A stretch of DNA of 64,000 nucleotides, taken from positions 310,001 through 374,000 of the forward strand of contig NW_003314350.1 of NCBI RefSeq assembly GCF_000143415.4. Direction: 5' to 3'. Position numbers and translations under genes: made by a program. This DNA comes from Selaginella moellendorffii. Taxonomy: Eukaryota > Plantae > Lycopodiophyta. The notes under the pieces are model-generated. The model did no database searches. It had not been told where the DNA came from and saw only the letters and a program-made list of their open reading frames with translations. Positions 1-14,414 of the stretch are shown here, piece after piece. Every line of letters begins with the position of its first letter. The first letter of the stretch is position 1.

Positions 1-1689
1 ACTCACTTTTTTGCGCCACACTCAAAGTTTTGGCATCTCTCCTCACATCAGGCCTTAGTATTGGAATAGTTGGTTAATAAAATGGCTTGGGTTTGGTCAA
101 GATTCCAATAGATGCCAGCTTAGCTTCACTGTTTAATCAAGAAGCTGAGTAAGATGTATACCATTATATATGGATAAAAAAATCTATATTATTATATGCT
201 ACTTTGTTATTGTTGTAAGCCTATGTTATTTAAACTGTGAAAACAATCAAAGTCATATTTGATCAATATGGCATCTAGGGTGTGATGTGGAGATGCACAA
301 ATATTCCCTCAGAATCGTGGGAGGAAAAATTACACTAGAGGATAACAGAGATCTAAAAGAAATTAGTGGGAGAGCCAGTTATAAAAAGGAAGGTGATGAT
401 AGGGAAGGGTTAGACTAAACTTCACCCATTTTAAATTGTTTATAAAGTGATCTTAAAGAGCAATGAGAAGATTGTGAGTGCTAATGAAATTACACTTGGT
501 ATTTTGTGAGTTTTGAAGTGTTTTAAAGAGCTTTTTTTGTAACTCATGGTTAGCCACTAGTAACAAAATGTCCCTGAGCAATTTCATCAAGTAATCCTTT
601 GTTATTTCTCTTGCAGTTGGCTATATTCTTACATGGGCATAGCACAATAGAATCTACATAACACTTTTTGGCCACGGGTCTAACAAAGACTATCAAATCG
701 AAGTGGCCAAAGGATAGCTGTAAACCCAAATAGATTTTGGGAGCTAGGAATAGATTGCCATCTTTTCTTAGCTAGGAAAGTTTTTAGTGAGTAGGGTTTC
801 TTAAATTTTGGTGTGGGGAGACTGGCAACTAGAAATTGCATGTGCATTTGACTAAGCAGCCAATTGGGTCCTCAGATCTTTGTCTAGATCATAGTTACTC
901 TTATGAGCAATAATCTTCACTTGAGAAATTGGCTTAGGTGTAAACGACTAATTTTTCCATTCTACTTTAGTTGCTTAACCACACCTCCGACCACTTGGAG
1001 GAGTCTCATTCACAACCTCCATAAGTCCTATTTAGGACTTGGGACTTGCTAGTCCCAAGAATGGCATCCATGCCACTCAACATTTGCACCTGGTCCAAGT
1101 GCTCCACGTGTCTGGTCCCAAGACCGACACCCAAAGGTGCCACTGACATCTTGGCCCGTTACGCTAAGGCCATGCCCATTCACCTTTGCCGCACTAGTGG
1201 TCCAATACCACTTGCATCACAATCCCGTCTCTCCAAGACTGGGCCATCCGTCTACGAGTGGTCATCCTAGATCCACTCCTTAGCATCCTTAGGATGCCCA
1301 CAGACATGGGGAATAGCCTTCCCCAATATCCCTTTGTCAGTTCTTACCAAGTCCCTTTTCTACCTATAGCCATGTTCGCCAACACTGCCACTAGATCAAG
1401 GCCCACCGGCCCGACCACTAAGTCCCATAGTCCTCTGGGACTTCCTCACCATGTGACTGTATCCTTAGTCACTACACTAGAGGACTGTTCCTCCTCCTTT
1501 CCCCCATTTGGGATTCCGGGACAACATTTCGGAACACCGTGGGCCTACGCGAGCCCCGTGGGTACTCTCCCCACCTTTTGCCTTTAGGTGCTCTAGCCAT
1601 GGGCTTAGAGCAAGGTTCCGTTGAGCCATGCCTGGTATCCAAGTAGGTAGTGCCACCCACACTTGGACTGGGAGCATCGGCCAGTCGAT

Positions 1690-2784
1690 TGTAAGCGACT
1701 AATTTTTCCATTCTACTTTAGTCACTTAACCACACCTCCGACCACTTGGAGGAGTCTCACTCACAACCTCCATAAGTCCTATTTTAGACTTGGGCTTGCT
1801 AGCCCTGAGAATGGCATCCCTGCCACTCAACCTATGCACTTGATCCAAGTGCTCCACGTGTCCGATCCCATGACCGACACCCCAAGGTACCACCAACGTA
1901 TCGGCCCGTTACGCTAAGGCCATGCCCAATTACCTTGGTCACACTGGTGGTCCAACACCACCTGCATTCCAATCCCGTCTCTCAAAGACTGGGTCATCCG
2001 TCCATGAGGTATCATCCCAGATCCACTCCTTAACATCCTTAGGATGCCTACAGACATGGGGATTAGCCTTCCCCAATATCTCTGTTCCGGTCCCCACCAA
2101 GTCCCTTTCTGTCCTTGGCTGTGTTCGCCAACACTGCCACTGGATCAAGGCCCACCGGCCCGACCACTAAGTCCCACTGTCCGCTGGGACTTCCTCACCA
2201 CTCGACTGTATCCTTGGTCACTACAATAGAGGATTACTCCTCCTCCTTTCCACAGTCTGGGCCTTTGGGACAACATTTCGGAACACCGTGGCCCTACGCG
2301 GGCCTCATGGGTACTCTCCTCGCCATTTGCCTTTGGGTGCTCTAGCCATGGGCTTAGAGCGGGTTCCGTTGAGCCACACCAGGTATCCAAGTAGGTAGTG
2401 CCACCCACACTTGGACTGGGAGCATCGGCCAGTCGATCTCCCGGGGGAACTAGAGCCGGCTCTTGAACACTTCACCAAGCTACCCCGCTTGTCGGTCTGT
2501 GTTCACTCTAGTCTTGGACTTCCCAGTGGGCAGCTCATCACCCAACACTGGGTCCGGCCTTCCTGGGCCAAACTGGCCTTTCCTGGCCAAACTGGCTCCA
2601 CTGCAGTCCTCCCCCTACTATACTTTTGGAGCTCACCAAACCCCCCAGGGTCTGGGAGACGAACGCTTTGGGCTTTCACCCTCTCAGGCTCCGGACTCGG
2701 ACTCGGACTCGGACTCGGACTCGGACTCGGACTTGGGCTCGGCCTTGGTCTCGGCCTCGGCCTCGGTCTCGGTCTCGGTCCCGA

Positions 2785-2822
<38 letters not shown>

Positions 2823-3467
2823 CCGGTCTCGACTTCGGACTCCATCTCGGACTCCATCTCGGACTCCATCTCGGACTCCATCTCGGGTCCATCTCGGGTC
2901 CATCTCGGACTCCATCTCGGACTCCATCTCGGGTCCATCTCGGACTCCATCTCGGACTCCATTTCGGGTCCATCTCGGGTCCACCTCGGACTCCATCTCG
3001 GACTCCATCTCGGACTCCATCTCGGGTCCATCTCGGACTCCACTTCGGACTCCAACTCGGGTCCATCTCGGGTCCACCTCGGACTCCACTTCGGACTCCT
3101 TCTCGGACTCCATCTCGGGTCCATCTCGGACTCCACTTCGGACTCCAACTCGGGTCCATCTCGGACTCCACTTCGGACTCCAACTCGGGTCCATCTCGGA
3201 CTCCACTTCGGACTCCAACTCAAGTCCATCTCGGACACTCCCACGTGTCATGTGTTGGCCCTTTTGGGTCCCTTTTTGGAGCCTCGCCTTTTGCTCGCTT
3301 CGTGCTCGTTCCTCGAGCACTTCGTTGGGAGTTCCACTCCCGCTCTTGACTTTTCAAGTTGGAGCTTTTGGTCCAAACGTGTTACGCTCGTTTGGCTCTT
3401 GCTTCGGCCACTACCATGTGGCGCCCTTCTGGCTCCACTTTGGGGCTTAGGGATTTTGTGTCTTACA
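1690..3467 (-). repeat. 3' LTR family A
   Basis: TGTAAGCGAC...GTCTTACA; direct repeat of 7569-9146. Confidence 0.92.
2692..3240. repeat. LTR-internal tandem array of (GGACTC/GGTCTC)n and 12-mer TCGGACTCCATC variants
   Basis: Directly visible; related arrays at ~8570-8920, 9400-9900, 11570-12010, 21520-22410, 43745-43915, 47835-48105, 54210-54555. Confidence 0.95.
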
Positions 3468-6400
3468 ACTCCACCACCCATAGACGAAGTTCGATTTCCT
3501 CATCGAACGGTAAACCATTTTATAAAGTAACACCCGCACGTGTTACCATTTACATCCTTGGCACCTAACCAATATTTGTCAAGGGTTTGACATTGAAGGC
3601 TCACCATGCCTTTTGCATATTCTTTAATGGTTTGACACCAAAGGCTCACCATGCCTTGCCCATCCTCTAAGGAGGGTAGTCTCTCCAACTTAGAGACTGA
3701 TTGGACCACATGTAGTGGTTCTCTCCTTTTATTGGTTTAGTTCCCGCTAAACCTCTTAGAGACCCTTCTCTAAGTCAATCCCACTACTCCTTCTAGAGTA
3801 GTCTCAATTTCCATCTATTGAACGTTTTGCACCTTGAAACTTTTACCCTTTTGACTTTTGGAAGTCAATTCCCTAGGTGTCTCCAACACCTTGCCTTGCA
3901 CCTTTTGTGCAACTCCACTTCCCATTCTAGGAAGTTCTCTACTCGAGGGCACCATCATCCTCTCTTCTATTTTGTGCCAAAGTTTCAGTTATCATACTTT
4001 GTGCTAGGGCTGTTCATGGCCCTATCATTTGGCTACCTTACCGCTCCCTCCCTTGGAGCTTCCACTTTCGCCAAATCGGAGCATTTCGGAATCCCTCCTT
4101 GGAAACACACTTCTTTTCCCGCAACTTGTTAGCGTCTAACACATTAGTGTTCCTCGCCTAACTTTGTCACTTGGATTCCTTCCAAGGGATTCCACGGCCC
4201 TATCTTGGCCACTCATCTTTTGCTCCTATCCGTTGATTGTTGCACCAAGCAACATCGAATCTCTACCTCCCTCCTTGAGGTATTGTTTCGGTTCCATAGC
4301 AAAGACTCTTCTTTGCCAAGTCCGGAGGATGTTCACCCCTAGTATGTCTCTTTAGCATCTTCTGCTATGGGCTCTATCCACGGCTCAACTTCGTGACCCT
4401 CCCATGGGTCTTTTATAGAGACTACTTTCCTCGGACTCATTATGCCATCGCACGGACATAGTTTATTTCCCTTAGGTGCTCTTCCCACTTGGTCATCACG
4501 ACCAAACCACACCACCTTAAATAGTTCAATTTCAACATTTTGAACCAGGAACTTCATTCCTTAGCCAACCAAGGACCTTGTCCTTATCTGGTCATAAGAT
4601 CACCTAGTGATCTCACCTTGGCACCTTAACAGAGTTGCCAAGAGGTACTTGGTCTTCTAGACCTCCAAGTTGTTGACTATAACCCCGGGGGCATCCCCCA
4701 CACTTGGCGGTGCACCCAAGCTAGCCCTTACGGCCAAGGGTTCATAGCAACTGAGATTAGGTGTCCCCATCTCACTCACCACGACCTTGGTGCCACTTGC
4801 ACCAAAGTGTTCAAGTTAGATATGCTGAGCTTTCACACTAAGCAATCTAACCGTGTATCACGACTCCGAGGCATCCCTCGCTTGGCGGTGTGCCCAAACC
4901 AGTCTCCCCACTGAGAGTCCATGACCACCGAAATATGAGTGTCCTCATATTCCAAACCATCACCACGCCCTAGTGATTTGGGACTCGAACCCAAGCACTA
5001 GAGGGTCGGGACTCGAACCCAACCTCCGTATATGCATCTACGGATGGCATCACACCGGATGCCTGGCGTGACTCCCCACGCCGGTGCACCAACTTATTTT
5101 TAAAGCGCGCTACAGATCACAGTTTAGGAACCTAGTTCCTCCACACTGCCAAGTCCTCTCACTTGACATGTCTGTGATCATGCATGGACTCCTCCATGCT
5201 CAGCTCCATGGCCTACCCTTTTTGAAGTTATCACCTTCAACTAGGGTATTTGTTCCCCCGACGTGCTAATCTCGCTTGGCAAGTCCTCCGACCACTGTAA
5301 CATGGTTCCTGCATAAGCGTGAAAGTCCTTGACCATTGACTTTCGTTCAAAGCCCTCTCTTTGAACACTCGGGAACTACTTCCCTAACCTTGATAGCCTT
5401 TCCTCATGGCAAGCTTCAAGACCACGCTTCTGCTGCGCCACTCTGATTTCGCGCGTTCCATGAACCATTTACATTTGGCCTTTCTAGGTACTAAGCTACC
5501 TAGAATCGTCTTTGGGAACCTTGAAGGAACTCTGTCCCTCAGCTTGCTAAGGCCTCCCTTTTTGCAAGCCTTCCAAATGCCACATAGTCTAACATGGACA
5601 ATTCCATATTTTAGACTCTCCATGGCATCACGATTGCTAGCGACAACACCCTCGAGCCCCCACTTGATTCTCCACTCCCAGCTGGCATAACCAACCTTGG
5701 TTATGCCCTTTGATTCCTACGGTTCGGTTCTATCCCCTTACTTCTTGCTTTTTGGCTTCACACCTTTCCTTTGGTCATTCTCCTCCAGACCAGGAGGATA
5801 GCTTTGCACTTTCTATCATGCTTTAGCAAGTATTCTTAGGGATGAACCTACCCAATAGCCTAGGGAGTGGTTCCTCAATCCGGGTATGCTCACCTTATAA
5901 TCCCACACACTGGGATTACATTGTTGCTTATGGGCCTTTGCATGCCCATCACTAGCCTTGCCAAAATTCCATTTTTGGCTTTGTCCAACTCGGGTAGACA
6001 GTCCTCTCCTGTCTCCGTAACCTTGGACATTTGGATAGCACCTTCTATCCATCATTCGCTAGGGACTTAGTCCCTTGGGCTTTATCCATTGCCCTCGCGA
6101 CATCAAACACCACCTTCTGGTGTTCTAGAGTGTTCGGGTGTCCCAATGATGGCTTTTTTGACAATGAGTATTTCCTTTTATGACATTGACTTACTATATC
6201 GCAACACAAGCAACTTATCCCCCGTAAGGGTATATCCAACTTCCCTATGCTATTAAGAAGTCTTGGGTAGCTACCTTCTACCCGTTTAACCAGTTATTTT
6301 GCACCTCTTGCTTAGTTGCCTCATAGTTGTCAAGTCCTACAACTCATTGCTTGGTGCTTTCACACCTCCATCATTATCTGGGTCACCACACTCCAACTGC

Positions 6401-7553
6401 ATGCTCTGCAGCTTAGGCTATGCTATTCCCATTTCCATTGGGATTCCTTTGGCAAGGGGTTCTCATTAACCCACCAACATAGCCTCAAGGTATCACACCT
6501 TGGCACATTTGGTGTCTCCACACCATCGGCTCCACGAGCCTACCTCTATGACATTTCCCCTTCGTGTCTAAGTCTTTGCCAAGACCAACACCGCTCTTTC
6601 TCATGCCAACCATCCGTTAACACTGCACCATAGAGGTCACACACAACTTTATGTCAAAGTTGTTTTCTTCTGGGAACACCTTTCCCATAACTTTAGCATG
6701 GCATATTTTGCCATCGATGAGATACCCTCTGTTCTCATCCTTGGATCCTATGATCCCCCCCCATCCTTTGTGGGGTACAACACACCACAGTCCAAATGCT
6801 TCCATCAGTCCTTTTAGGACCATCCGTTGACTCTACTTGAGTCATTCAGCAGTTTTGGACTTGGTTAATCCACAGACCCATAAGGTCCTACTTGTGAGGC
6901 ACTAGCTCACTGGAATACACTTCTTGCATTCCTGTCCTACTCAAAAGGACTATTTTCACAAGTGTTACTCCGACACTTGATTTTGTTCTCTGGGGGCAAC
7001 TTTTGCCCCTTAGGACTACTTGTCCATGTGATGAGAATACCAACTCATCGCTAAGTACACCCCCCAACTCCTTGGGTTGTTCCAGCATTTATTAGAGGTA
7101 GCCCCGGCTACCATTTCAAGGACTTGAGTCCTCTTCCGCATTTGACCTCCCACGGTCATTACCTCTGGTCTCACATTCATGAGCACCAACCTCAACTATA
7201 TGAGGATAATCTTGTGACTCCTTTATTGTTTTGGAGTCTCTATCTTTCCCGTGATCCCAACTTTAGTTGTTTACCACAACAACCTTAGCCAATTTGCTGA
7301 GACAAATGCTCATCCGGATCACATCCTCAACTCAATGAGGAAAACCTTGCATTGTTCCCAAGATCCCAAAGTCGTTCCATTATTGGCCCTTTTCTATCCA
7401 CCACCTCGTCTACAAGTTCACATATGAACTGTAATGGAGAGCCATGTCTTCCCGACTTGCTACTCCTCAAGGATAGGCCCACTCCTCGGACCTTCCGATG
7501 CCAACACTAGTGGTGATATACTTGAGCACCAATAAAAGTCGGACTAAGGAACA

Positions 7554-7565
7554 GCTCCGATACCA
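7554..7565 (-). promoter_or_regulatory. Primer binding site (tRNA-iMet type)
   Basis: Reverse complement TGGTATCGGAGC, 3 nt from the LTR edge. Confidence 0.85.
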
Positions 7566-7568
7566 AGT

Positions 7569-8651
7569 TGTAAGCGACTAATTTTTCCATTCTACTTTAG
7601 TCACTTAACCACACCTCCGACCACTTGGAGGAGTCTCACTCACAACCTCCATAAGTCCTATTTCAGACTTGGGCTTGCTAGCCCTGAGAATGGCATCCCC
7701 GCCATTCAACCTATGCACTTGATCCAAGTGCTCCACGTGTCCGATCCCATGACCGACACCCCAAGGTACCACCAACGTATCGGCCCGTTACGCTAAGGCC
7801 ATGCCCAATTGCCTTGGTCACACTGGTGGTCCAACACCACCTGCATTCCAATCCCGTCTCTCAAAGACTGGGTCATCCGTCCATGAGGTATCATCCCAGA
7901 TCCACTCCTTAACATCCTTAGGATGCCTACAGACATGGGGATTAGCCTTCCCCAATATCTCTGTTCCGGTCCCCACCAAGTCCCTTTCTGTCCTTGGCTG
8001 TGTTCGCCAACACTGCCACTGGATCAAGGCCCACCGGCCCGACCACTAAGTCCCACTGTCCGCTGGGACTTCCTCACCACTCGACTGTATCCTTGGTCAC
8101 TACAATAGAGGATTACTCCTCCTCCTTTCCACAGTCTGGGCCTTTGGGACAACATTTCGGAACACCGTGGCCCTACGCGGGCCTCATGGGTACTCTCCTT
8201 GCCATTTGCCTTTGGGTGCTCTAGCCATGGGCTTAGAGCGGGTTCCGTTGAGCCACACCAAGTATCCAAGTAGGTAGTGCCACCCACACTTGGACTAGGA
8301 GCATCGGCCAGTCGATCTCCCGGGGGAACTAGAGCCGGCTCTTGAACACTTCACCAAGCTACCCCGCTTGTCGGTCTGTGTTCACTCTAGTCTTGGACTT
8401 CCCAGTGGGCAGCTCATCACCCAACACTGGGTCCGGCCTTCCTGGGCCAAACTGGCCTTTCCTGGCCAAACTGGCTCCACTGCAGTCCTCCCCCTACTAT
8501 ACTTTTGGAGCTCACCAAACCCCCCAGGGTCTGGGAGACGAACGCTTTGGGCTTTCACCCTCTCAGGCTCCGGACTCGGACTCGGACTCGGACTCGGACT
8601 CGGACTCGGACTCGGGCTCGGCCTCGGTCTCGGTCTCGGTCTCGGTCCCGA

Positions 8652-8683
<32 letters not shown>

Positions 8684-9146
8684 CCGGTCTCGGACTCCAT
8701 TTCGGGTCCATCTCGGGTCCACCTCGGACTCCATCTCGGACTCCATCTCGGACTCCATCTCAGGTCCATCTCGAACTCCACTTCGGACTCCAACTCGGGT
8801 CCATCTCGGGTCCATCTCGGACTCCACTTCGGACTCCAACTCGGGTCCATCTCAGACTCCAACTCGGGTCCATCTCGGACTCCACTTCGGACTCCAACTC
8901 GAGTCCATCTCGGACACTCCCACGTGTCATGTGTTGGCCCTTTTGGGTCCCTTTTTGGAGCCTCGCCTTTTGCTCGCTTCGTGCTCGTTCCTCGAGCACT
9001 TCGTTAGGAGTTCCACTCCCGCTCTTGACTTTTCAAGTTGGAGCTTTTGGTCCAAACGTGTTACGCTCGTTTGGCTCTTGCTTTGGCCACTACCATGTGG
9101 CGCCCTTCTGGCTCCACTTTGGGGCCTAGGGATTTTGTGTCTCACA
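7569..9146 (-). repeat. 5' LTR family A
   Basis: Adjacent to the tRNA-Met PBS; direct repeat of 1690-3467 with a shorter tandem array. Confidence 0.92.
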
Positions 9147-9465
9147 TCGATCTCCCGGGGGAACTAGAGCCGGCTCTTGAACACTTCACCAAGCTACCCC
9201 ACCTGTCGGTCCGTATTCACTCTAGTCTTGGACTTCCCAATGGTCAGTTTATCACCCAACACTGGGTCTAGCCTTCTTGGGCCAAACTGGCCTTTCCTGG
9301 CCAAACTGGCTCCACTGCAGTCCTCCCCCTCACTATACTTTTGGAGCTCACCAAACCCCCCAGGGTCTGGGAGACGAACGCTTTGGGCTTTCACCCTCTC
9401 AGACTCGAACTCGGACTCGGCCTCGGACTCGGACTCGGCCTTGGCCCTTGTCTCGGTCTCGGTCC

Positions 9466-9515
<50 letters not shown>

Positions 9516-12500
9516 ACCTCGGACTCCATCTCGGGTCCTTCTCGGACTCCATCTCGGACTCTGTCTCAGTCCATCTCGGACTCCATCTCGGGTCCATCTC
9601 GGACTCCATCTCGGACTCCATCTCGGACTCCATCTCGGGTCCATCTCGGACTCCATCTCGGACTCCATCTCGGACTCCGTCTCGGTCCATCTTGGACTCC
9701 ATCTCGGGTCCATCTCGGACTCCACCTCGGACTCCAACTCGGGTCCATCTCGGACTCCATATCGGACTCCACTTTGGGTCCATCTCGGACTCCATATTGG
9801 ACTCCATCTCGGACTCCACTTCGGGTCCATGTCGGACTCCAATTCGGGTCCATCTCGGACTCCAACTCGGGTCCGCCTCGGACTCCATCTTGGACACTTC
9901 CATGTGTCATGTGTTGGTCCTTTTTGGGTCCCTTTTTGGAGCCTTTCTTATTGGTTGCCTCGTGCTTGCTCCTCGAGCACTTTGTTGGGAGTTCCACTCC
10001 CGCTCTCGACCTTCCAAGTCGGAGCTTTTAATCCAAACGTGTTATGCTCGTTTGGCTTTCGCTTCGGCCACTACCACATGGCACCCTTTCCGGCTCCACT
10101 TTGGGGCCTAGGGATTTTGTGTCTCACATTAGGTACATGTTCATAGAAGCTGGTAATTCTAAGATTTTAAACTCCTCTTTTCCGTAAGATTCCAGCTAGA
10201 TTGGTAGTGATTTCATGAGGGAAGATTTCCATCCCCACTTATGCCTTGAATGAAATTTCTGCTAGGCAAGGGAGGAGTGAGTTGGGTGTGCTCAATGGAT
10301 CTAGTTCACTAGAAGCACATTGACGATAGGATTTTCAAACCTATCATAAAGCCTTTAGACCCACATCTTAACCTTTTAAACTTCATGAACCTTATTTAGA
10401 GAAAGTAATCCTTTTTCATATATTGTAGATATTGAAGATAAAATATAGCTAATGAAGAGGTAAATGGTTTATCTTGTGTATCATCCTAGGTAAAATAAAA
10501 GAAAAAACTTTAGGCATAATGAAGTTACGTTTAAGTTTAGGCATCCAAAGAAGAAAGCAATTAGGAATGGTAATAATATCATATAGTATATAAATAGCAC
10601 TTACACGTGTTGAAAAACAACCCCCACTTGTAAAAACTAAATTTTTCATTCTATTTTAGTCACTTAATTATATCTTCGACCATTTGGAGAAGTCTTACTC
10701 ACAACCTCCATAAATCCTATTCTGGACTTAGGGCTTGCTAACCCCGAGAATGGCATCCACGCCACTCAACTTTTGCACTTGGTTTAAGTGCTTCATGTGT
10801 CTGATCCCATAATTGACACCCAAAGGTACCACCGACATATCAACCTGTTACGTTAAAGCCATGCCCATTTACCTTTGTTACACTGGTGGTCCAACGCCAC
10901 TTGCATCTCAATCCCATCTCTCAAAGACTGGGCCATCCATCCATGAATGATCATTCTAGATTCACTCCTTAGCATCTTTAAAACACCTATAGACATAGGG
11001 AATAGTCTTCCCTAATATCCCTTTTTTAGTCCCTACCAAATCCTTTTCTGTCTATGGCCATATTCGCCAACACTGACACTAGGTCAAGGCCCACGGACCC
11101 GACCACCAAGTCCCACTATCCTCTAGGACTTCCTCACCATGTGATCGTATCCTGGGTCACTACACTAGAGGATTGTTTTTCTTCCTTTCCACAATCTAGG
11201 ACTTTGGGACAACATTTCAGAACACTATGGCCCTACACAAGCCTCATGGGTACTCTCCCCACCTTCTGCCTTTGGGTGCTCTAGCCATGGGCTTAGAGTA
11301 AGGTTCTATTGAGCCACACTAGATATCCAAGTAGGTAGTGCCACCCATTCTTGGACTGGGAGCATCGACCATTCGACGTTCTGGAGGAGCTAAAGCTGGC
11401 TCATGAACACTTCACCAAGCTACCTTGCTTGTCTGTTTGTATTCACTCTAGCTTTGGACTTCTTAATGGATATATCATCACTCAACACGTGGGCATAGCT
11501 TTTTTGGGTCCCCCCCCCCCTTTGGGGGACGATCGCTTTGGGCTTTCACCCAACAGCCTGTATTAGTATTCGGACTCAAACTCAGATTCAGACTCGGTCT
11601 TAGTCTCGATTTTGGACTTGGATTTAGACTCAATCTTGGTCTCGGTCTCGGTCTTAGTCTCAATCTTGGTTCTATTTCAGACTCCATCTCGGGTCCATCT
11701 CGGACACTATCTCGGACTCCATCTCGGGTCTATCACGGACTCCATCTTGGGTCCATCTCGGACTCCATCTCGGGTCCATTTCAGACTCCATCTCGGGTCC
11801 ATCTTGGACTCCATCTTGAACTCTATCTCAAGTCCATCTTGGACTCCATCTTGAACTCTATCTCAAGTCCATCTTGGACTCCATTTTGGACTCCATCTCG
11901 GGTCCATCTCGGACTCCATCTCGGGTCCATCTTGGACTCCATCTTGAACTCCATCTTAGGTGCATCTTGAACTCCATCTCGGACTCCATCTCAGGTCCAT
12001 CTCAGACTCCTCCACGTGTCCTATGTTGGTCCTCTTGTGTCATTTTTCTAGAGACTCACTTACTGCTTGTTTCATGCTCATTTCTTGAGCACTTCATTGG
12101 GAGTTCCACTCCCACTCTCAACTATCCAAGTTAGAGCTTTTAGTCCAAATGTGTTACTCTTGTTTGGTTTCCACTTTGACCACTACCATGTGGCACCCTT
12201 TCAGCTCCACTTTTGGGGCTCTGGGATTTGTGTCTTATAACTTCACCACCCATAAACGAAGTTCGATGTCTTCATCAAATGATAACCATTTTATAAGGTA
12301 ACACTAACATGTATTACCCTTTCCATCTTTGGCACTTAACCAATATTCTTCAATGGTTTGACACCAAGGCTCACCATACCTTGTCCATCTTCTAAGGAGC
12401 ATAGTCTTTCCAACTTAAAGATTTATTCAACCACTTATGGTGGTTCTCTCCTTTTATTGGTTTAGTTCTCACTAAACCCGTTAGAGATACCTTCTCTATC

Positions 12501-14414
12501 TCAATACCACTACTCATTCTTGAGTAATTTTTATTTCCATCGATATAACTTTTGCACTTTAAAATTTTTAATTTTGACTTAATTTCTTAGGTGTCTAGCT
12601 ATTTTATCCCCATTTATCCCCCAAGGTTCCAAGGATCCACGGTGACAGTATATCCAAATCTCATCCCATGATCATATGCGCTACACCCAATGATGGCCTT
12701 CAATGAACATTTTCTTTTTCAACATTGACTTATTATATTGCAACATAAGTAATTTATCCTTTCAAGGGATATATTTAACTTCTTTATTCAAACAAGAAGT
12801 CTTGGGTAATTAATTTCTATCAATTCAATTAATTAGGTTGCATCTTTTGCTTAGTTGCCTTATAGTTATTAAGTCATACAACTCATTGCTAGTGCTTCTA
12901 CACCTCCATCATTATTTGGGTCATTATACTTTAATCACATGCCTTTCAGCTTAAGCTATGCATTCCCAGTTCTATTGAGATTCTTTTGGTAAGGGGTTCT
13001 CATGAACCCACTAATTTGACACCAAGGCATCACACCTTAGCATATTTGGTGTCTCTACACCATTGACTCTCCTTACAACACTTTTCATTTGTGTCTAGGT
13101 TTTTGCCAAGACCAAAGTAGTTATTTCTCATGCCAACTATTAGTTAGCACTACACCATAGTGTTCACACACAACTCTGCACCAAAGTTGTTTTCTTCTGG
13201 AAACACCTTTCCCACAACTTTAGTATGGCACATTCTGCCATCAATGAGATACCCACTGTTCTCATACTTAAATCTTATGATCATCCCTGTCCTTCATAGG
13301 GTGTAACACACCTTAGTCTAAATGTTTTTACTAGTCCTTTAGGACTATTCCTTGACTCCACTTAAGTCATTTAACTTTTTGGAGTTTGTCAATTTGATAA
13401 CTCGTAAGGTCATAGCCTCACAGTTATCTTTGAGGTGCCAATTCACTAGAATACAACTTTTTGTATTCATGTCTTGCTCACAAGAACCATTTTTACAAGT
13501 ATTACTCCAACACTTAATTATTTTTTGTTCCCTATAGACTACCTTTACCCCTTAGAATTATCCGTCCATATAATGAAAATACTGACTTATCCTTTAAAGA
13601 CACCCCCAACTCCTTGGGTTTGTTTTAGCATTTATAAAAAATAGCCTCGACTACCATTTCAAAGATTTATATCCTCATTTGTCTTTGACTTCCCACGGTC
13701 ATTAATTATGGTCTTGGGAGGGTGGCACTACTTACTTGGATACCAGGCTTGGCATGAATCCCAACTATATAAGGATAATCTTATGACTTCTTTATTGTTT
13801 TGGAGTTTTTATCTTTCTTGTGATCCCAACTATAGTTGTTTACCACAACTATATTAACCAATTTATTAAGTCAAACGTTCATCTGAATTACATCCTCAAC
13901 TCTTTGAGGAAACCTTATACTGTTCCCAAGATCCCAAAGTCATTCCTTTATAGGCCTTTTTCTATCCACCACATTGCCTATAAGTTCACACATGAATTGT
14001 AGTGGAGAGTAATGTCCTCCTGACCTTCTACTCCTCAAGGATAGACCCACTCCTAGGACTTTCCGATGACAACAAAAGTGGTGATATACTTGAGCACTAA
14101 TAAAAGTTGGACTAAGGAATAGCTCTGATACCAAATTGTAAGCGACTAGATTTTTCATTCTACTTTAGTCACTTAACCACACCTCCAACTATTTAGAGGA
14201 GTCTCACTCATAACCTCCATAAATCCTATTCTATACTTGGGGCTTGCTAACCCCGAGAATGGCATCTATGCCACTCAACCTTTGCATTTGGTCTAAGTGC
14301 TTTAGATATCCGATCTTATAACCAACACCCAAAGGTACCATCAATATACCAGCCTATTATGCTAAGGCCATGCCTATTCACCTTTGTTACACTAGTGGTC
14401 CAACACCACCTACA

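Larger units (their letters stand above)
1690..9146 (-). mobile_element. Ty3/Gypsy-type LTR retrotransposon family A, full structure but non-autonomous (degenerate internal region)
   Basis: Two near-identical LTRs (1690-3467, 7569-9146); TCGAT TSD at 1685-1689 and 9147-9151; minus-strand PBS TGGTATCGGAGC at 7554-7565; PPT at 3468-3482; no long internal ORF. Confidence 0.92.
939..10128 (-). mobile_element. Solo LTR of family A (939-1689 + 9152-10128), split by a same-family full element
   Basis: TG...CA ends (TGTAAACGAC...GTCTCACA); TTAGG TSD at 934-938 and 10129-10133; the two halves join into one LTR matching 1690-3467. Confidence 0.88.

Noticed and set aside
2660-2695. Possible hammerhead ribozyme (minus strand CTGAGAG...GAAA) suggesting a retrozyme
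   Set aside because: The core is not CUGANGA, there is no stem II, and the CTGA is absent from the homologous module in families B and C.
2411-3530. Long ORFs in many frames rich in SR, GL, SD or ET repeats (also at 8.3-10.1, 21.5-22.4, 47.8 and 54.2 kb)
   Set aside because: By-products of stop-free 6/12-mer arrays in LTRs; length varies between copies; not SR proteins.
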